Origin: Bugula neritina
Taxonomy: Eukaryota; Animalia; Bryozoa
DNA: 64,000 bases
Assembly: GCA_964035545.1 (NCBI GenBank)
Contig: CAXIUT010000097.1
Coordinates: 186,001 to 250,000 of the forward strand
Direction: 5' to 3'
In this document: positions 17,501-32,837 of the stretch, piece by piece
How the letters are laid out: each line of letters begins with the position of its first letter
Position numbering within the stretch: the first letter of the stretch is position 1
Position numbers and translations under genes: made by a program
Notes under the pieces: generated by a model
The model's database searches: none
The model's input: the letters and a program-made list of their open reading frames with translations, nothing else
What the model was told of the DNA's origin: nothing

Positions 17501-20500
17501 ACATACTGAAATATACTGCAACATACTGCAACATAGTGAAATACACTGTAACATACTGAATAACACTGCAACATACTACAACATATTGAAATACACTGCA
17601 ACACATTGAAATATACTGCAACATACCTAAATATACAGTAATATACTGAAATATACTGTAACACATTGAAAAACACTGCAACATACTGAAATACACTGCA
17701 ACACATTCAAATACACCGCAAAATACTACAACACACTGAAATGCACTGTAACATATTGAAATACACTGCAACACATTGAAATAAACTGCAATGTACCGAA
17801 ATATATGGTAAACTACTGAAATATACTGTCACACATTGAAAAATACTGCAACATACTGAAATATACTGCGACACATTGCAATATACTGTAACATACTGAA
17901 ATATGCTGTAGCACACTGAAATACACTGCATCATACTGAAATACACTGTAACATATTAAAATATACTGCAACATACTGAAATACACTGCAGAATACCAAA
18001 ATACACTGCAACGCATTGAAATATACTGCAAAATACTGAAATACACTGCTACATACTGAAATATACTGCGACACACTGCGACATACTGCAACATACTAAA
18101 ATACACTGTAACATATTGAAATACACTGCAACACATTGAAATATACTGCAATGTACCGAAATATATGGTAAACTACTGAAATATACTGTCACACATTGAA
18201 AAATACTGCAACATACTGAAATATACTGCGACACATTGCAATATACTGTAACATACTGAAATATGCTGTAGCACACTGAAATACACTGCAACTCACTGAA
18301 ATATACTGCAACATACTGAAACACACTGTAACATATTGAAATATACTGCAACATACTGAATACATTGCTACATATTGAAATATACTGCAACATACTGCAA
18401 CATACTGAAATACACTGTAACGTACTGAAATACGCTGCAACATACTACAACATATTGAAAGACACTGCAGCACATTGAAATATACTGCAACATACCTAAA
18501 TATACGGTAATATACCAAAATGTACTGTGACACATTGAAAAATACTGCAACATACTGAAATACACTGCAACACAACGAAAAACACTGAAAATACTGTAAC
18601 ACACTGAAATATACTGCAAAATACTGAAATACACTGCCACATACTGAAATATACTGCAACATACTGCAACATACTGAAATACACTGCAACACATTGAAAT
18701 ATACTGCAACATACCTAAATATACGGTAATATACTAAAATATACTGTAACATACTGAAATACATTGCAGAATACCGAAATACACTGTAACATACTGAAAT
18801 ATACTGCAAAATACTGAAATACACTGCTACATACTGAAATATACTGCGACACACTGCGACATACTGCAACATACTAAAATACACTGTAACATATTGAAAT
18901 ACACTGCAACACATTGAAATATACTGCAATATACCGAAATATATGGTAAACTACTGAAATATACTGTCACACATTGAAAAATACTGCAACATACTGAAAT
19001 ATACTGTGACACATTGCAATATACTGTAACATACTGAAATATGCTGTAGCACACTGAAATACACTGCAACATACTGAAATACACTGTAACATATTAAAAT
19101 ATACTGCAACATACTGAAATACACTGCAGAATACCGAAATACACTGTAACATACTGAAATATACTGCAAAATACTGAAATACACTGCTACATACTGAAAT
19201 ATACTGCGACACACTGCGACATACTGCAACATACTAAAATACACTGTAACACATTGAAATACACTGCAACACATTGAAATATACTGCAATGTACCGAAAT
19301 ATATGGTAAACTACTGAAATATACTGTCACACATTAAAAAATACTGCAACATACTGAAATATACTGCGACACATTGCAATACACTGTAACATACTGAAAT
19401 ATGCTGTAGCACACTGAAATACACTGCAACTCACTGAAATATACTGCAACATACTGAAACACACTGTAACATATTGAAATATACTGCAACATACTGAATA
19501 AATTGCTACATACTGAAATATACTGCAACATACTGCAAAATACTGAAATACACTGCTACATACTGAAATATACTGCGACACACTGCAACATACTGCAACA
19601 TACTAAGGTATACTGCAAGATACTGAAATACACTGTAAAATACTGAAATACACTATAACATACTGAAATATACTGCAACATACTGAAATATACTGCTACA
19701 TACTGAAATATACTGCAACACACTGCAACATACTGCAACATACTAGAATACACTGTAACATAATGAAATACACTGCAACACATTGAAATATACTGCAAAA
19801 TACTGAAATACACTGCTATATACTGAAATACACTGCAACACACTACAACATACTGCAACATACTAAAATATACTGTAACATACTGAAATACACTGCAAAA
19901 GACTGAAATACACTGCAACATACTACAACATATTTCAATACACTGCAACACATTGAAACATACTGCAACATACCTAAATATACGGTAATATACTGAAATA
20001 TACTGTAACACATTGAAAAACACTGCAACATACTGAAATACACTGCAACATACTGAAATACACTGTAACATATTGGAATACACTGCAACATATTGAAATA
20101 TACTGCAAATTACTGAAATACACTGCTATATACTGAAATACACTGCAACACACTACAACATACTGCAACATACGAAAATATACTGCAACATACTGAAATA
20201 CACTGCAAAATACTGAAATACACTGTAACATACTGAAGTATACTGCAACATACTGAAATACACTGCTACATACTGAAATATACTGCAACATACTGCAACA
20301 TACTGAAATACACTGCAACACATTCAAATACACCGCAAAATACTACAACATACTGAAATGCACTGTAACATATTGAAATACACTGCAACGCATTGAAATA
20401 TACTGCAATGTACCGAAATATATGGTAAACTACTGAAATATACTGTCACACATTGAAAAACACTGCAACATACTGAAATATACTGCGACACATTGCAATA

Positions 20501-20814
20501 TACTGTAACATACTGAAATAGGCTGTAGCACACTGAAACACACTGCAACTCACTGAAATATACTGCAACATACTGAAATACACTGTAACATATTGAAATA
20601 TACTGCAACATACTGAAATATAGTGCTACATACTGAAATATACTGCAACATACTGCAACATAGTGAAATACACTGTAACATACTGAATAACACTGCAACA
20701 TACTACAACATATTGAAATACACTGCAACACATTGAAATATACTGCAACATACCTAAATATACAGTAATATACTGAAATATACTGTAACACATTGAAAAA
20801 CACTGCAACATACT
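14511..20814 (+). repeat. 3127-bp tandem duplication (2 copies)
   Basis: ORF pairs sit at a constant offset of 3127 with identical translations (14580/17707, 15062/18189, 16429/19556, 16847/19974). Rare variants are shared (GCATCATAC, GAATAAATTGCTA, CTAAGGTATA, TGAATAACAC). Confidence 0.92.
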
Positions 20815-22581
20815 TGAATACACTGCAACACATTCAAATACACCGCAAAATACTACAACATACTGAAATTCACTGTAACATATTGAAATACACTGCAACA
20901 CATTGAAATATACTTCAATGTACCGAAATATATGGTAAACTACTGAAATATACTGTCACACATTGAAAAATACTGCAACATACTGAAATATACTGCGACA
21001 CATTGCAATATACTGTAACATACTGAAATATGCTGTAGCACACTGAAATACACTGCAACATACTGAAATACACTGTAACATATTAAAATATACTGCAACA
21101 TACTGAAATACACTGCAGAATACCGAAATACACTGTAACATACTGAAATATACTGCAAAATACTGAAATACACTGCTACATACTGAAATATACTGCGACA
21201 CACTGCGACATACTGCAACATACTAAAATACACTGTAACATATTGAAATACACTGCAACACATTGAAATATACTGCAATGTACCGAAATATATGGTAAAC
21301 TACTGAAATATACTGTCACACATTGAAAAACACTGCAACATACTGAAATATACTGCGACACATTGCAATATACTGTAACATACTGAAATAGGCTGTAGCA
21401 CACTGAAATACACTGCAACTCACTGAAATATACTGCAACATACTGAAATACACTGTAACATATTGAAATATACTGCAACATACTGAAATATAGTGCTACA
21501 TACTGAAATATACTGCAACATACTGCAACATAGTGAAATACACTGTAACATACTGAAATACACTGCAACATACTACAACATATTGAAATACACTGCAACA
21601 CATTGAAATATACTGCAACATACCTAAATATACGGTAATATACTGAAATATACTGTAACACATTGAAAAACACTGCAACATACTTAAATACACTGCAACA
21701 CATTCAAATACACCGCAAAATACTACAACATACTGAAATGCACTGTAACATATTGAAATACACTGCAACACATTGAAATATACTGCAATGTACCGAAATA
21801 TATGGTAAACTACTGAAATATACTGTCACACATTGAAAAATACTGCAACATACTGAAATATACTGCGACACATGCAATATACTGTAACATACTGAAATAT
21901 GCTGTAGCACACTGAAATACACTGCAACTCACTGAAATATACTGCAACATACTGAAACACACTGTAACATATTGAAATATACTGCAACATACTGAAATAC
22001 ATTGCTACATACTGAAATATACTGCAACATACTGCAACATACTGAAATACACTGTAACATACTGAAATACGCTGCAACATACTACAACATATTGAAAGAC
22101 ACTGCAACACATTGAAATATACTGCAACATACCTAAAAATACGGTAATATACCAAAACATACTGTAACACATTGAAAAATACTGCAACATACTGAAATAC
22201 ATTGCAACACACCGAAAAACACTGAAAATACTGTAACACACTGAAATATACTGCAAAATACTGAAATACACTGCTACATACTGAAATATACTGCCACACA
22301 CTGCAACATACTGCAACATACTAAAGTATACTGCAACATACTGAAATACACTGTAAAATACTGAAATACACTATAACATACTGAAATATACTGCAACATA
22401 CTGAAATATACTGCTACATACTGAAATATACTGCAACACACTGCAACATACTGCAACATACTAGAATACACTGTAACATAATGAAATACACTGCAACACA
22501 TTGAAATATACTGCAAAATACTGAAATACACTGCTATATACTGAAATACACTGCAACACACTACAACATACTGCAACATAC

Positions 22582-25500
22582 TAAAATATACTGCAACATA
22601 CTGAAATACACTGCAAAATACTGAAATACACTGTAACATACTGAAGTATACTGCAACATACTGAAATACACTGCTACATACTGAAATATACTGCAACACA
22701 CAGCAACATACTGCAACATACTAAAATACACTGTAACATATTGGAATACACTGCAACACATTGAAATATACTGCAAAATACTGAAATACACTGCTACATA
22801 CTGAAATATACTGCAACATACTGCAACATACTGAAATACACTGCAACACATTCAAATACACCGCAAAATACTACAACATATTGAAATACACTGCAACACA
22901 TTGAAATATACTGCAATGTACCGAAATATATGGTAAACTACTGAAATATACTGACACACATTGCAATATACTGTAACATACTGAAATACACTGTAACATA
23001 CTGAGATAGTCTGCAACATACTACAACATATTGAAATACACTGCAACACATTGAAAAATACTGCAACATACTGAAATACACTGCAACACACCGAAAAACA
23101 CTGAAAATACTGTAACACACTGAAATATACTGCAAAATACTGGAATACACTGCTACATACTGAAATATACTGCGACACACTGACACCTACTAAAGTATAC
23201 TGCAACATACTGAAATACACTGTAACATATTGAAATACACTGCAACGCATTGAAATATACTGCAATGTACTGAAATATATGGTAAACTACTGAAATATAC
23301 TGTCACACATTGAAAAACACTGCAACATACTGAAATATACTGCGACACATTGCAATATACTGTAACATACTGAAATAGGCTGTAGCACACTGAAATACAC
23401 TGCAACTCACTGAAATATACTGCAACATACTGAAATACACTGTAACATATTGAAATATACTGCAACACACTGAAATATAGTGCTACATACTGAAACATAC
23501 TGCAACATACTGCAACATAGTGAAATACACTGTAACATACTGAAATACACTGCAAGATACTACAACATATTTCAATACACTGCAACACATTGAAATATAC
23601 TGCAACATACCTAAATATACGGTAATATACTGAAATATACTGTAACACATTGAAAAACACTGCAACATACTGAAACAGACTGCAACACATTCAAATACAC
23701 CGCAAAATACTACAACATACTGAAATGCACTGTAACATATTGAAATACACTGCAACACATTGAAATATACTGCAACATACTAAAATACACTGTAACATAT
23801 TGGAATACACTGCAACACATTGAAATATACTGCAAAATACTGAAATACACTGCTACATACTGAAATATACTGCAAGATACTGCAACATACTGAAATATAC
23901 TGCGACACATGCAATATACTGTAACATACTGAAATATGCTGTAGCACACTGAAATACACTGCAACTCACTGAAATATACTGCAACATACTGAAACACACT
24001 GTAACATATTAAAATACACTGCAACACATTGAAATAAACTGCAATGTACCGAAACATATGGTAAACTACTGAAATATACTGTCACACATTGAAAAGTACT
24101 GCAACATACTGAAATATACTGCGACACATTGCAATATACTGTAACATACTGAAATAAGCTGTAGCACACTGAAATACACTGCAACATACTGAAATACACT
24201 GTAACATATTAAAATATACTGCAACATACTGAAATACACTGCAGAATACCGAAATACACTGTAACATACTGAAATATACTGCAAAATACTGAAATACACT
24301 GCTACATACTGAAATATACTGCGACACACTGCGACATACTGCAACATACTAAAATACACTGTAACATATTGAAATACACTGCAACACATTGAAATATACT
24401 GCAACATACTGAAATATACCGCGACACATTGCAATATACTGTAACATACTGAAATATGCTGTAGCACACTGAAATACACTGCAACTCACTGAAATATACT
24501 GCAACATACCGAAATACACTGTAACATACTAAAATATACTGCAACATACTGAAATACACTGCAACACATTGAAATATACTGCAACATACCTAAATATACG
24601 GTAATATACTGAAATATACTGTAAGACATTGAAAAACACTGCAACATACTGAAATACACTGCAACACATTCAAATACACCGCAAAATACTACAACATACT
24701 GAAATGCACTGTAACATATTGAAATACACTGCAACACATTGAAATAAACTGCAATGTACCGAAATATATGGTAAACTACTGAAATATACTGTCACACATT
24801 GAAAAATACTGCAACATACTGAAATATACTGCGACACATTGCAATATACTGTAACATACTGAAATATGCTGTAGCACACTGAAATACACTGCAACATACT
24901 GAACTACCATGTAACATATTAAAATATACTGCAACATACTGAAATACACTGCAAAATACTGAAATACACTGTAACATACTGAAGTATACTGCAACATACT
25001 GAAATACACTGCTACATACTGAAATATACTGCAACACACAGCAACATACTGCAACATACTAAAATACACTGTAACATATTGGAATACACTGCAACACATT
25101 GAAATATACTGCAAAATACTGAAATACACTGCTACATACTGAAATATACTGCAACATACTGCAACATACTGAAATACACTGCAACACATTCAAATACACC
25201 GCAAAATACTACAACATATTGAAATACACTGCAACACATTGAAATATACTGCAATGTACCGAAATATATGGTAAACTACTGAAATATACTGACACACATT
25301 GCAATATACTGTAACATACTGAAATACACTGTAACATACTGAGATAGGCTGCAACATACTACAACATATTGAAATACACTGCAACACATTGAAAAATACT
25401 GCAACATACTGAAATACACTGCAACACACCGAAAAACACTGAAAATACTGTAACACACTGAAATATACTGCAAAATACTGGAATACACTGCTACATACTG

Positions 25501-27342
25501 AAATATACTGCGACACACTGACACATACTAAAGTATACTGCAACATACTGAAATACACTGTAACATATTGAAATACACTGCAACGCATTGAAATATACTG
25601 CAATGTACTGAAATATATGGTAAACTACTGAAATATACTGTCACACATTGAAAAACACTGCAACATACTGAAATATACTGCGACACATTGCAATATACTG
25701 TAACATACTGAAATAGGCTGTAGCACACTGAAATACACTGCAACTCACTGAAATATACTGCAACATACTGAAATACACTGTAACATATTGAAATATACTG
25801 CAACACACTGAAATATAGTGCTACATACTGAAACATACTGCAACATACTGCAACATAGTGAAATACACTGTAACATACTGAAATACACTGCAAGATACTA
25901 CAACATATTTCAATACACTGCAACACATTGAAATATACTGCAACATACCTAAATATACGGTAATATACTGAAATATACTGTAACACATTGAAAAACACTG
26001 CAACATACTGAAACAGACTGCAACACATTCAAATACACCGCAAAATACTACAACATACTGAAATGCACTGTAACATATTGAAATACACTGCAACACATTG
26101 AAATATACTGCAACATACTAAAATACACTGTAACATATTGGAATACACTGCAACACATTGAAATATACTGCAAAATACTGAAATACACTGCTACATACTG
26201 AAATATACTGCAAGATACTGCAACATACTGAAATACACTGCAACACATTGAAATATACTGCAACATACCTAAATATACGGTAATATACTAAAATATACTG
26301 TAACACATTGAAAAACACTGCAACATACTGAAATACACTGCAACACATTCAAATACACCGCAAAATACTACAACATACTGAAATGCACTGTAACATATTA
26401 AAATACACTGCAACACATTGAAATAAACTGCAATGTACCGAAACATATGGTAAACTACTGAAATATACTGTCACACATTGAAAAGTACTGCAACATACTG
26501 AAATATACTGCGACACATTGCAATATACTGTAACATACTGAAATAAGCTGTAGCACACTGAAATACACTGCAACATACTGAAATACACTGTAACATATTA
26601 AAATATACTGCAACATACTGAAATACACTGCAGAATACCGAAATACACTGTAACATACTGAAATATACTGCAAAATACTGAAATACACTGCTACATACTG
26701 AAATATACTGCGACACACTGCGACATACTGCAACATACTAAAATACACTGTAACATATTGAAATACACTGCAACACATTGAAATATACTGCAACATACTG
26801 AAATATACCGCGACACATTGCAATATACTGTAACATACTGAAATATGCTGTAGCACACTGAAATACACTGCAACTCACTGAAATATACTGCAACATACCG
26901 AAATACACTGTAACATACTAAAATATACTGCAACATACTGAAATACACTGCAACACATTGAAATATACTGCAACATACATAAATATACGGTAATATACTG
27001 AAATATACTGTAACACATTGAAAAACACTGCAACATACTGAAATACACTGCAACACATTCAAATACACCGCAAAATACTACAACATACTGAAATGCACTG
27101 TAACATATTGAAATACACTGCAACACATTGAAATAAACTGCAATGTACCGAAATATATGGTAAACTACTGAAATATACTGTCACACATTGAAAAATACTG
27201 CAACATACTGAAATATACTGCGACACATTGCAATATACTGTAAAATACTGAAATATGCTGTAGCACACTGAAATACACTGCAACATACTGAACTACCATG
27301 TAACATATTAAAATATACTGCAACATACTGAAATACACTGCA
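22582..27342 (+). repeat. Nested tandem duplication, 2338/2389 bp
   Basis: ORF offsets are 2338 (22852/25190, 23190/25528) and 2389 (24066/26455, 24302/26691). GAACTACCATG occurs at 24901 and 27290. Confidence 0.87.
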
Positions 27343-29105
27343 GAATACCGAAATACACTGCTACATACTGAAATATACTGCAACATACTGCAACATACTG
27401 AAATACACTGCAACACATTCAAATACACCGCAAAATACTACAACATACTGAAATGCACTGTAACATATTGAAATACACTGCAACGCATTGAAATATACTG
27501 CAATGTACCGAAATATATGGTAAACTACTGAAATATACTGTCACACATTGAAAAACACTGCAACATACTGAAATATACTGCGACACATTGCAATATACCG
27601 TAACATACTGAAATAGGCTGTAGCACACTGAAATACACTGCAACTCACTGAAATATACTGCAACATACTGAAATACACTGTAACATATTGAAATATACTG
27701 CAACATACTGAAATATAGTGCTACATACTGAAATATACTGCAACATACTGCAACATAGTGAAATACACTGTAACATACTGAATAACACTGCAACATACTA
27801 CAACATATTGAAATACACTGCAACACATTGAAATATACTGCAACATACCTAAATATACAGTAATATACTGAAATATACTGTAACACATTGAAAAACACTG
27901 CAACATACTTGAATACACTGCAACACATTCAAATACACCGCAAAATACTACAACATACTGAAATTCACTGTAACATATTGAAATACACTGCAACACATTG
28001 AAATATACTTCAATGTACCGAAATATATGGTAAACTACTGAAATATACTGTCACACATTGAAAAATACTGCAACATACTGAAATATACTGCGACACATTG
28101 CAATATACTGTAACATACTGAAATATGCTGTAGCACACTGAAATACACTGCAACATACTGAAATACACTGTAACATATTAAAATATACTGCAACATACTG
28201 AAATACACTGCAGAATACCGAAATACACTGTAACATACTGAAATATACTGCAAAATACTGAAATACACTGCTACATACTGAAATATACTGCGACACACTG
28301 CGACATACTGCAACATACTAAAATACACTGTAACATATTGAAATACACTGCAACACATTGAAATATACTGCAATGTACCGAAATATATGGTAAACTACTG
28401 AAATATACTGTCACACATTGAAAAACACTGCAACATACTGAAATATACTGCGACACATTGCAATATACTGTAACATACTGAAATAGGCTGTAGCACACTG
28501 AAATACACTGCAACTCACTGAAATATACTGCAACATACTGAAATACACTGTAACATATTGAAATATACTGCAACATACTGAAATATAGTGCTACATACTG
28601 AAATATACTGCAACATACTGCAACATAGTGAAATACACTGTAACATACTGAAATACACTGCAACATACTACAACATATTGAAATACACTGCAACACATTG
28701 AAATATACTGCAACATACCTAAATATACGGTAATATACTGAAATATACTGTAACACATTGAAAAACACTGCAACATACTTAAATACACTGCAACACATTC
28801 AAATACACCGCAAAATACTACAACATACTGAAATGCACTGTAACATATTGAAATACACTGCAACACATTGAAATATACTGCAATGTACCGAAATATATGG
28901 TAAACTACTGAAATATACTGTCACACATTGAAAAATACTGCAACATACTGAAATATACTGCGACACATGCAATATACTGTAACATACTGAAATATGCTGT
29001 AGCACACTGAAATACACTGCAACTCACTGAAATATACTGCAACATACTGAAACACACTGTAACATATTGAAATATACTGCAACATACTGAAATACATTGC
29101 TACAT

Positions 29106-29580
29106 ACTGAAATATACTGCAACATACTGCAACATACTGAAATACACTGTAACATACTGAAATACGCTGCAACATACTACAACATATTGAAAGACACTGC
29201 AACACATTGAAATATACTGCAACATACCTAAAAATACGGTAATATACCAAAACATACTGTAACACATTGAAAAATACTGCAACATACTGAAATACACTGC
29301 AACACACCGAAAAACACTGAAAATACTGTAACACACTGAAATATACTGCAACATACTGCAACATACTGAAATACACTGTAACATACTGAAATACGCTGCA
29401 ACATACTACAACATATTGAAAGACACTGCAACACATTGAAATATACTGCAACATACCTAAAAATACGGTAATATACCAAAACATACTGTAACACATTGAA
29501 AAATACTGCAACATACTGAAATACACTGCAACACACCGAAAAACACTGAAAATACTGTAACACACTGAAATATACTGCAA
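29106..29580 (+). repeat. 229-bp tandem duplication
   Basis: The variant CCTAAAAATACGGTAATATACCAAAACAT appears twice, 229 bp apart (about 29227 and 29456), but once in the sister copy (about 22132). This explains the offset change from 7095 to 7324. Confidence 0.9.
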
Positions 29581-32500
29581 AATACTGAAATACACTGCTA
29601 CATACTGAAATATACTGCGACACACTGCAACATACTGCAACATACTAAAGTATACTGCAACATACTGAAATACACTGTAAAATACTGAAATACACTATAA
29701 CATACTGAAATATACTGCAACATACTGAAATATACTGCTACATACTGAAATATACTGCAACACACTGCAACATACTGCAACATACTAGAATACACTGTAA
29801 CATAATGAAATACACTGCAACACATTGAAATATACTGCAAAATACTGAAATACACTGCTATATACTGAAATACACTGCAACACACTACAACATACTGCAA
29901 CATACTAAAATATACTGCAACATACTGAAATACACTGCAAAATACTGAAATACACTGTAACATACTGAAGTATACTGCAACATACTGAAATACACTGCTA
30001 CATACTGAAATATACTGCAACACACAGCAACATACTGCAACATACTAAAATACACTGTAACATATTGGAATACACTGCAACACATTGAAATATACTGCAA
30101 AATACTGAAATACACTGCTACATACTGAAATATACTGCAACATACTGCAACATACTGAAATACACTGCAACACATTCAAATACACCGCAAAATACTACAA
30201 CATATTGAAATACACTGCAACACATTGAAATATACTGCAATGTACCGAAATATATGGTAAACTACTGAAATATACTGACACACATTGCAATATACTGTAA
30301 CATACTGAAATACACTGTAACATACTGAGATACGCTGCAACATACTACAACATATTGAAATACACTGCAACACATTGAAAAATACTGCAACATACTGAAA
30401 TACACTGCAACACACCGAAAAACACTGAAAATACTGTAACACACTGAAATATACTGCAAAATACTGGAATACACTGCTACATACTGAAATATACTGCGAC
30501 ACACTGACACATACTAAAGTATACTGCAACATACTGAAATACACTGTAACATATTGAAATACACTGCAACGCATTGAAATATACTGCAATGTACTGAAAT
30601 ATATGGTAAACTACTGAAATATACTGTCACACATTGAAAAACACTGCAACATACTGAAATATACTGCGACACATTGCAATATACTGTAACATACTGAAAT
30701 AGGCTGTAGCACACTGAAATACACTGCAACTCACTGAAATATACTGCAACATACTGAAATACACTGTAACATATTGAAATATACTGCAACACACTGAAAT
30801 ATAGTGCTACATACTGAAACATACTGCAACATACTGCAACATAGTGAAATACACTGTAACATACTGAAATACACTGCAAGATACTACAACATATTTCAAT
30901 ACACTGCAACACATTGAAATATACTGCAACATACCTAAATATACGGTAATATACTGAAATATACTGTAACACATTGAAAAACACTGCAACATACTGAAAC
31001 AGACTGCAACACATTCAAATACACCACAAAATACTACAACATACTGAAATGCACTGTAACATATTGAAATACACTGCAACACATTGAAATATACTGCAAC
31101 ATACTAAAATACACTGTAACATATTGGAATACACTGCAACACATTGAAATATACTGCAAAATACTGAAATACACTGCTACATACTGAAATATACTGCAAG
31201 ATACTGCAACATACTGAAATACACTGCAACACATTGAAATATACTGCAACATACCTAAATATACGGTAATATACTAAAATATACTGTAACACATTGAAAA
31301 ACACTGCAACATACTGAAATACACTGCAACACATTCAAATACACCGCAAAATACTACAACATACTGAAATGCACTGTAACATATTAAAATACACTGCAAC
31401 ACATTGAAATAAACTGCAATGTACCGAAACATATGGTAAACTACTGAAATATACTGTCACACATTGAAAAGTACTGCAACATACTGAAATATACTGCGAC
31501 ACATTGCAATATACTGTAACATACTGAAATAAGCTGTAGCACACTGAAATACACTGCAACATACTGAAATACACTGTAACATATTAAAATATACTGCAAC
31601 ATACTGAAATACACTGCAGAATACCGAAATACACTGTAACATACTGAAATATACTGCAAAATACTGAAATACACTGCTACATACTGAAATATACTGCGAC
31701 ACACTGCGACATACTGCAACATACTAAAATACACTGTAACGTATTGAAATACACTGCAACACATTGAAATATACTGCAATGTACCGAAATATATGGTAAA
31801 CTACTGAAATATACTGTCACACATTGAAAAATACTGCAACATACTGAAATATACCGCGACACATTGCAATATACTGTAAGATACTGAAATATGCTGTAGC
31901 ACACTGAAATACACTGCAACTCACTGAAATATACTGCAACATACTGAAATACACTGTAACATACTAAAATATACTGCAACATACTGAAATACACTGCAAC
32001 ACATTGAAATATACTGCAACATACCTAAATATACGGTAATATACTGAAATATACTGTAACACATTGAAAAACACTGCAACATACTGAAATACACTGCAAC
32101 ACATTCAAATACACCGCAAAATACTACAACATACTGAAATGCACTGTAACATATTGAAATACACTGCAACACATTGAAATAAACTGCAACGTACCGAAAT
32201 ATATGGTAAACTACTGAAATATACTGTCACACATTGAAAAATACTGCAACATACTGAAATATACTGCGACACATTGCAATATACTGTAACATACTGAAAT
32301 ATGCTGTAGCACACTGAAATACACTGCAACATACTGAACTACCATGTAACATATTAAAATATACTGCAACATACTGAAATACACTGCAGAATACCGAAAT
32401 ACACTGTAACATACTGAAATATACTGCAAAATACTGAAATACACTGCTACATACTGAAATATACTGCGACACACTGCGACATACTGCAACATACTAAAAT

Positions 32501-32837
32501 ACACTGTAACATATTGAAATACACTGCAACACATTAAAATATACTGCAATGTACCGAAATATATGGTAAACTACTGAAATATACTGTCACACATTGAAAA
32601 ATACTGCAACATACTGAAATATACTGCGACACATTGCAATATACTGTAACATACTGAAATATGCTGTATCACACTGAAATACACTGCAACTCACTGAAAT
32701 ATACTGCAACATACTGAAACACACTGTAACATATTGAAATATACTGCAACATACTGAATACATTGCTACATACTGAAATATACTGCAACATACTGCAACA
32801 TACTGAAATACACTGTAACGTACTGAAATACGCTGCA

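Larger units (their letters stand above)
20255..32400 (+). repeat. About 4.8-kb tandem duplication with nested secondary duplications (copy 1 about 20255-27349, copy 2 about 27350-32400)
   Basis: Offsets are 7095 (20324/27419 to 21826/28921), then 7324 (22274/29598), 4986 (25190/30176) and 5046 (27059/32105). Markers TACTTGAATA, GAAATTCACT, TACTTCAATG and GAACTACCATG are shared. Confidence 0.85.
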
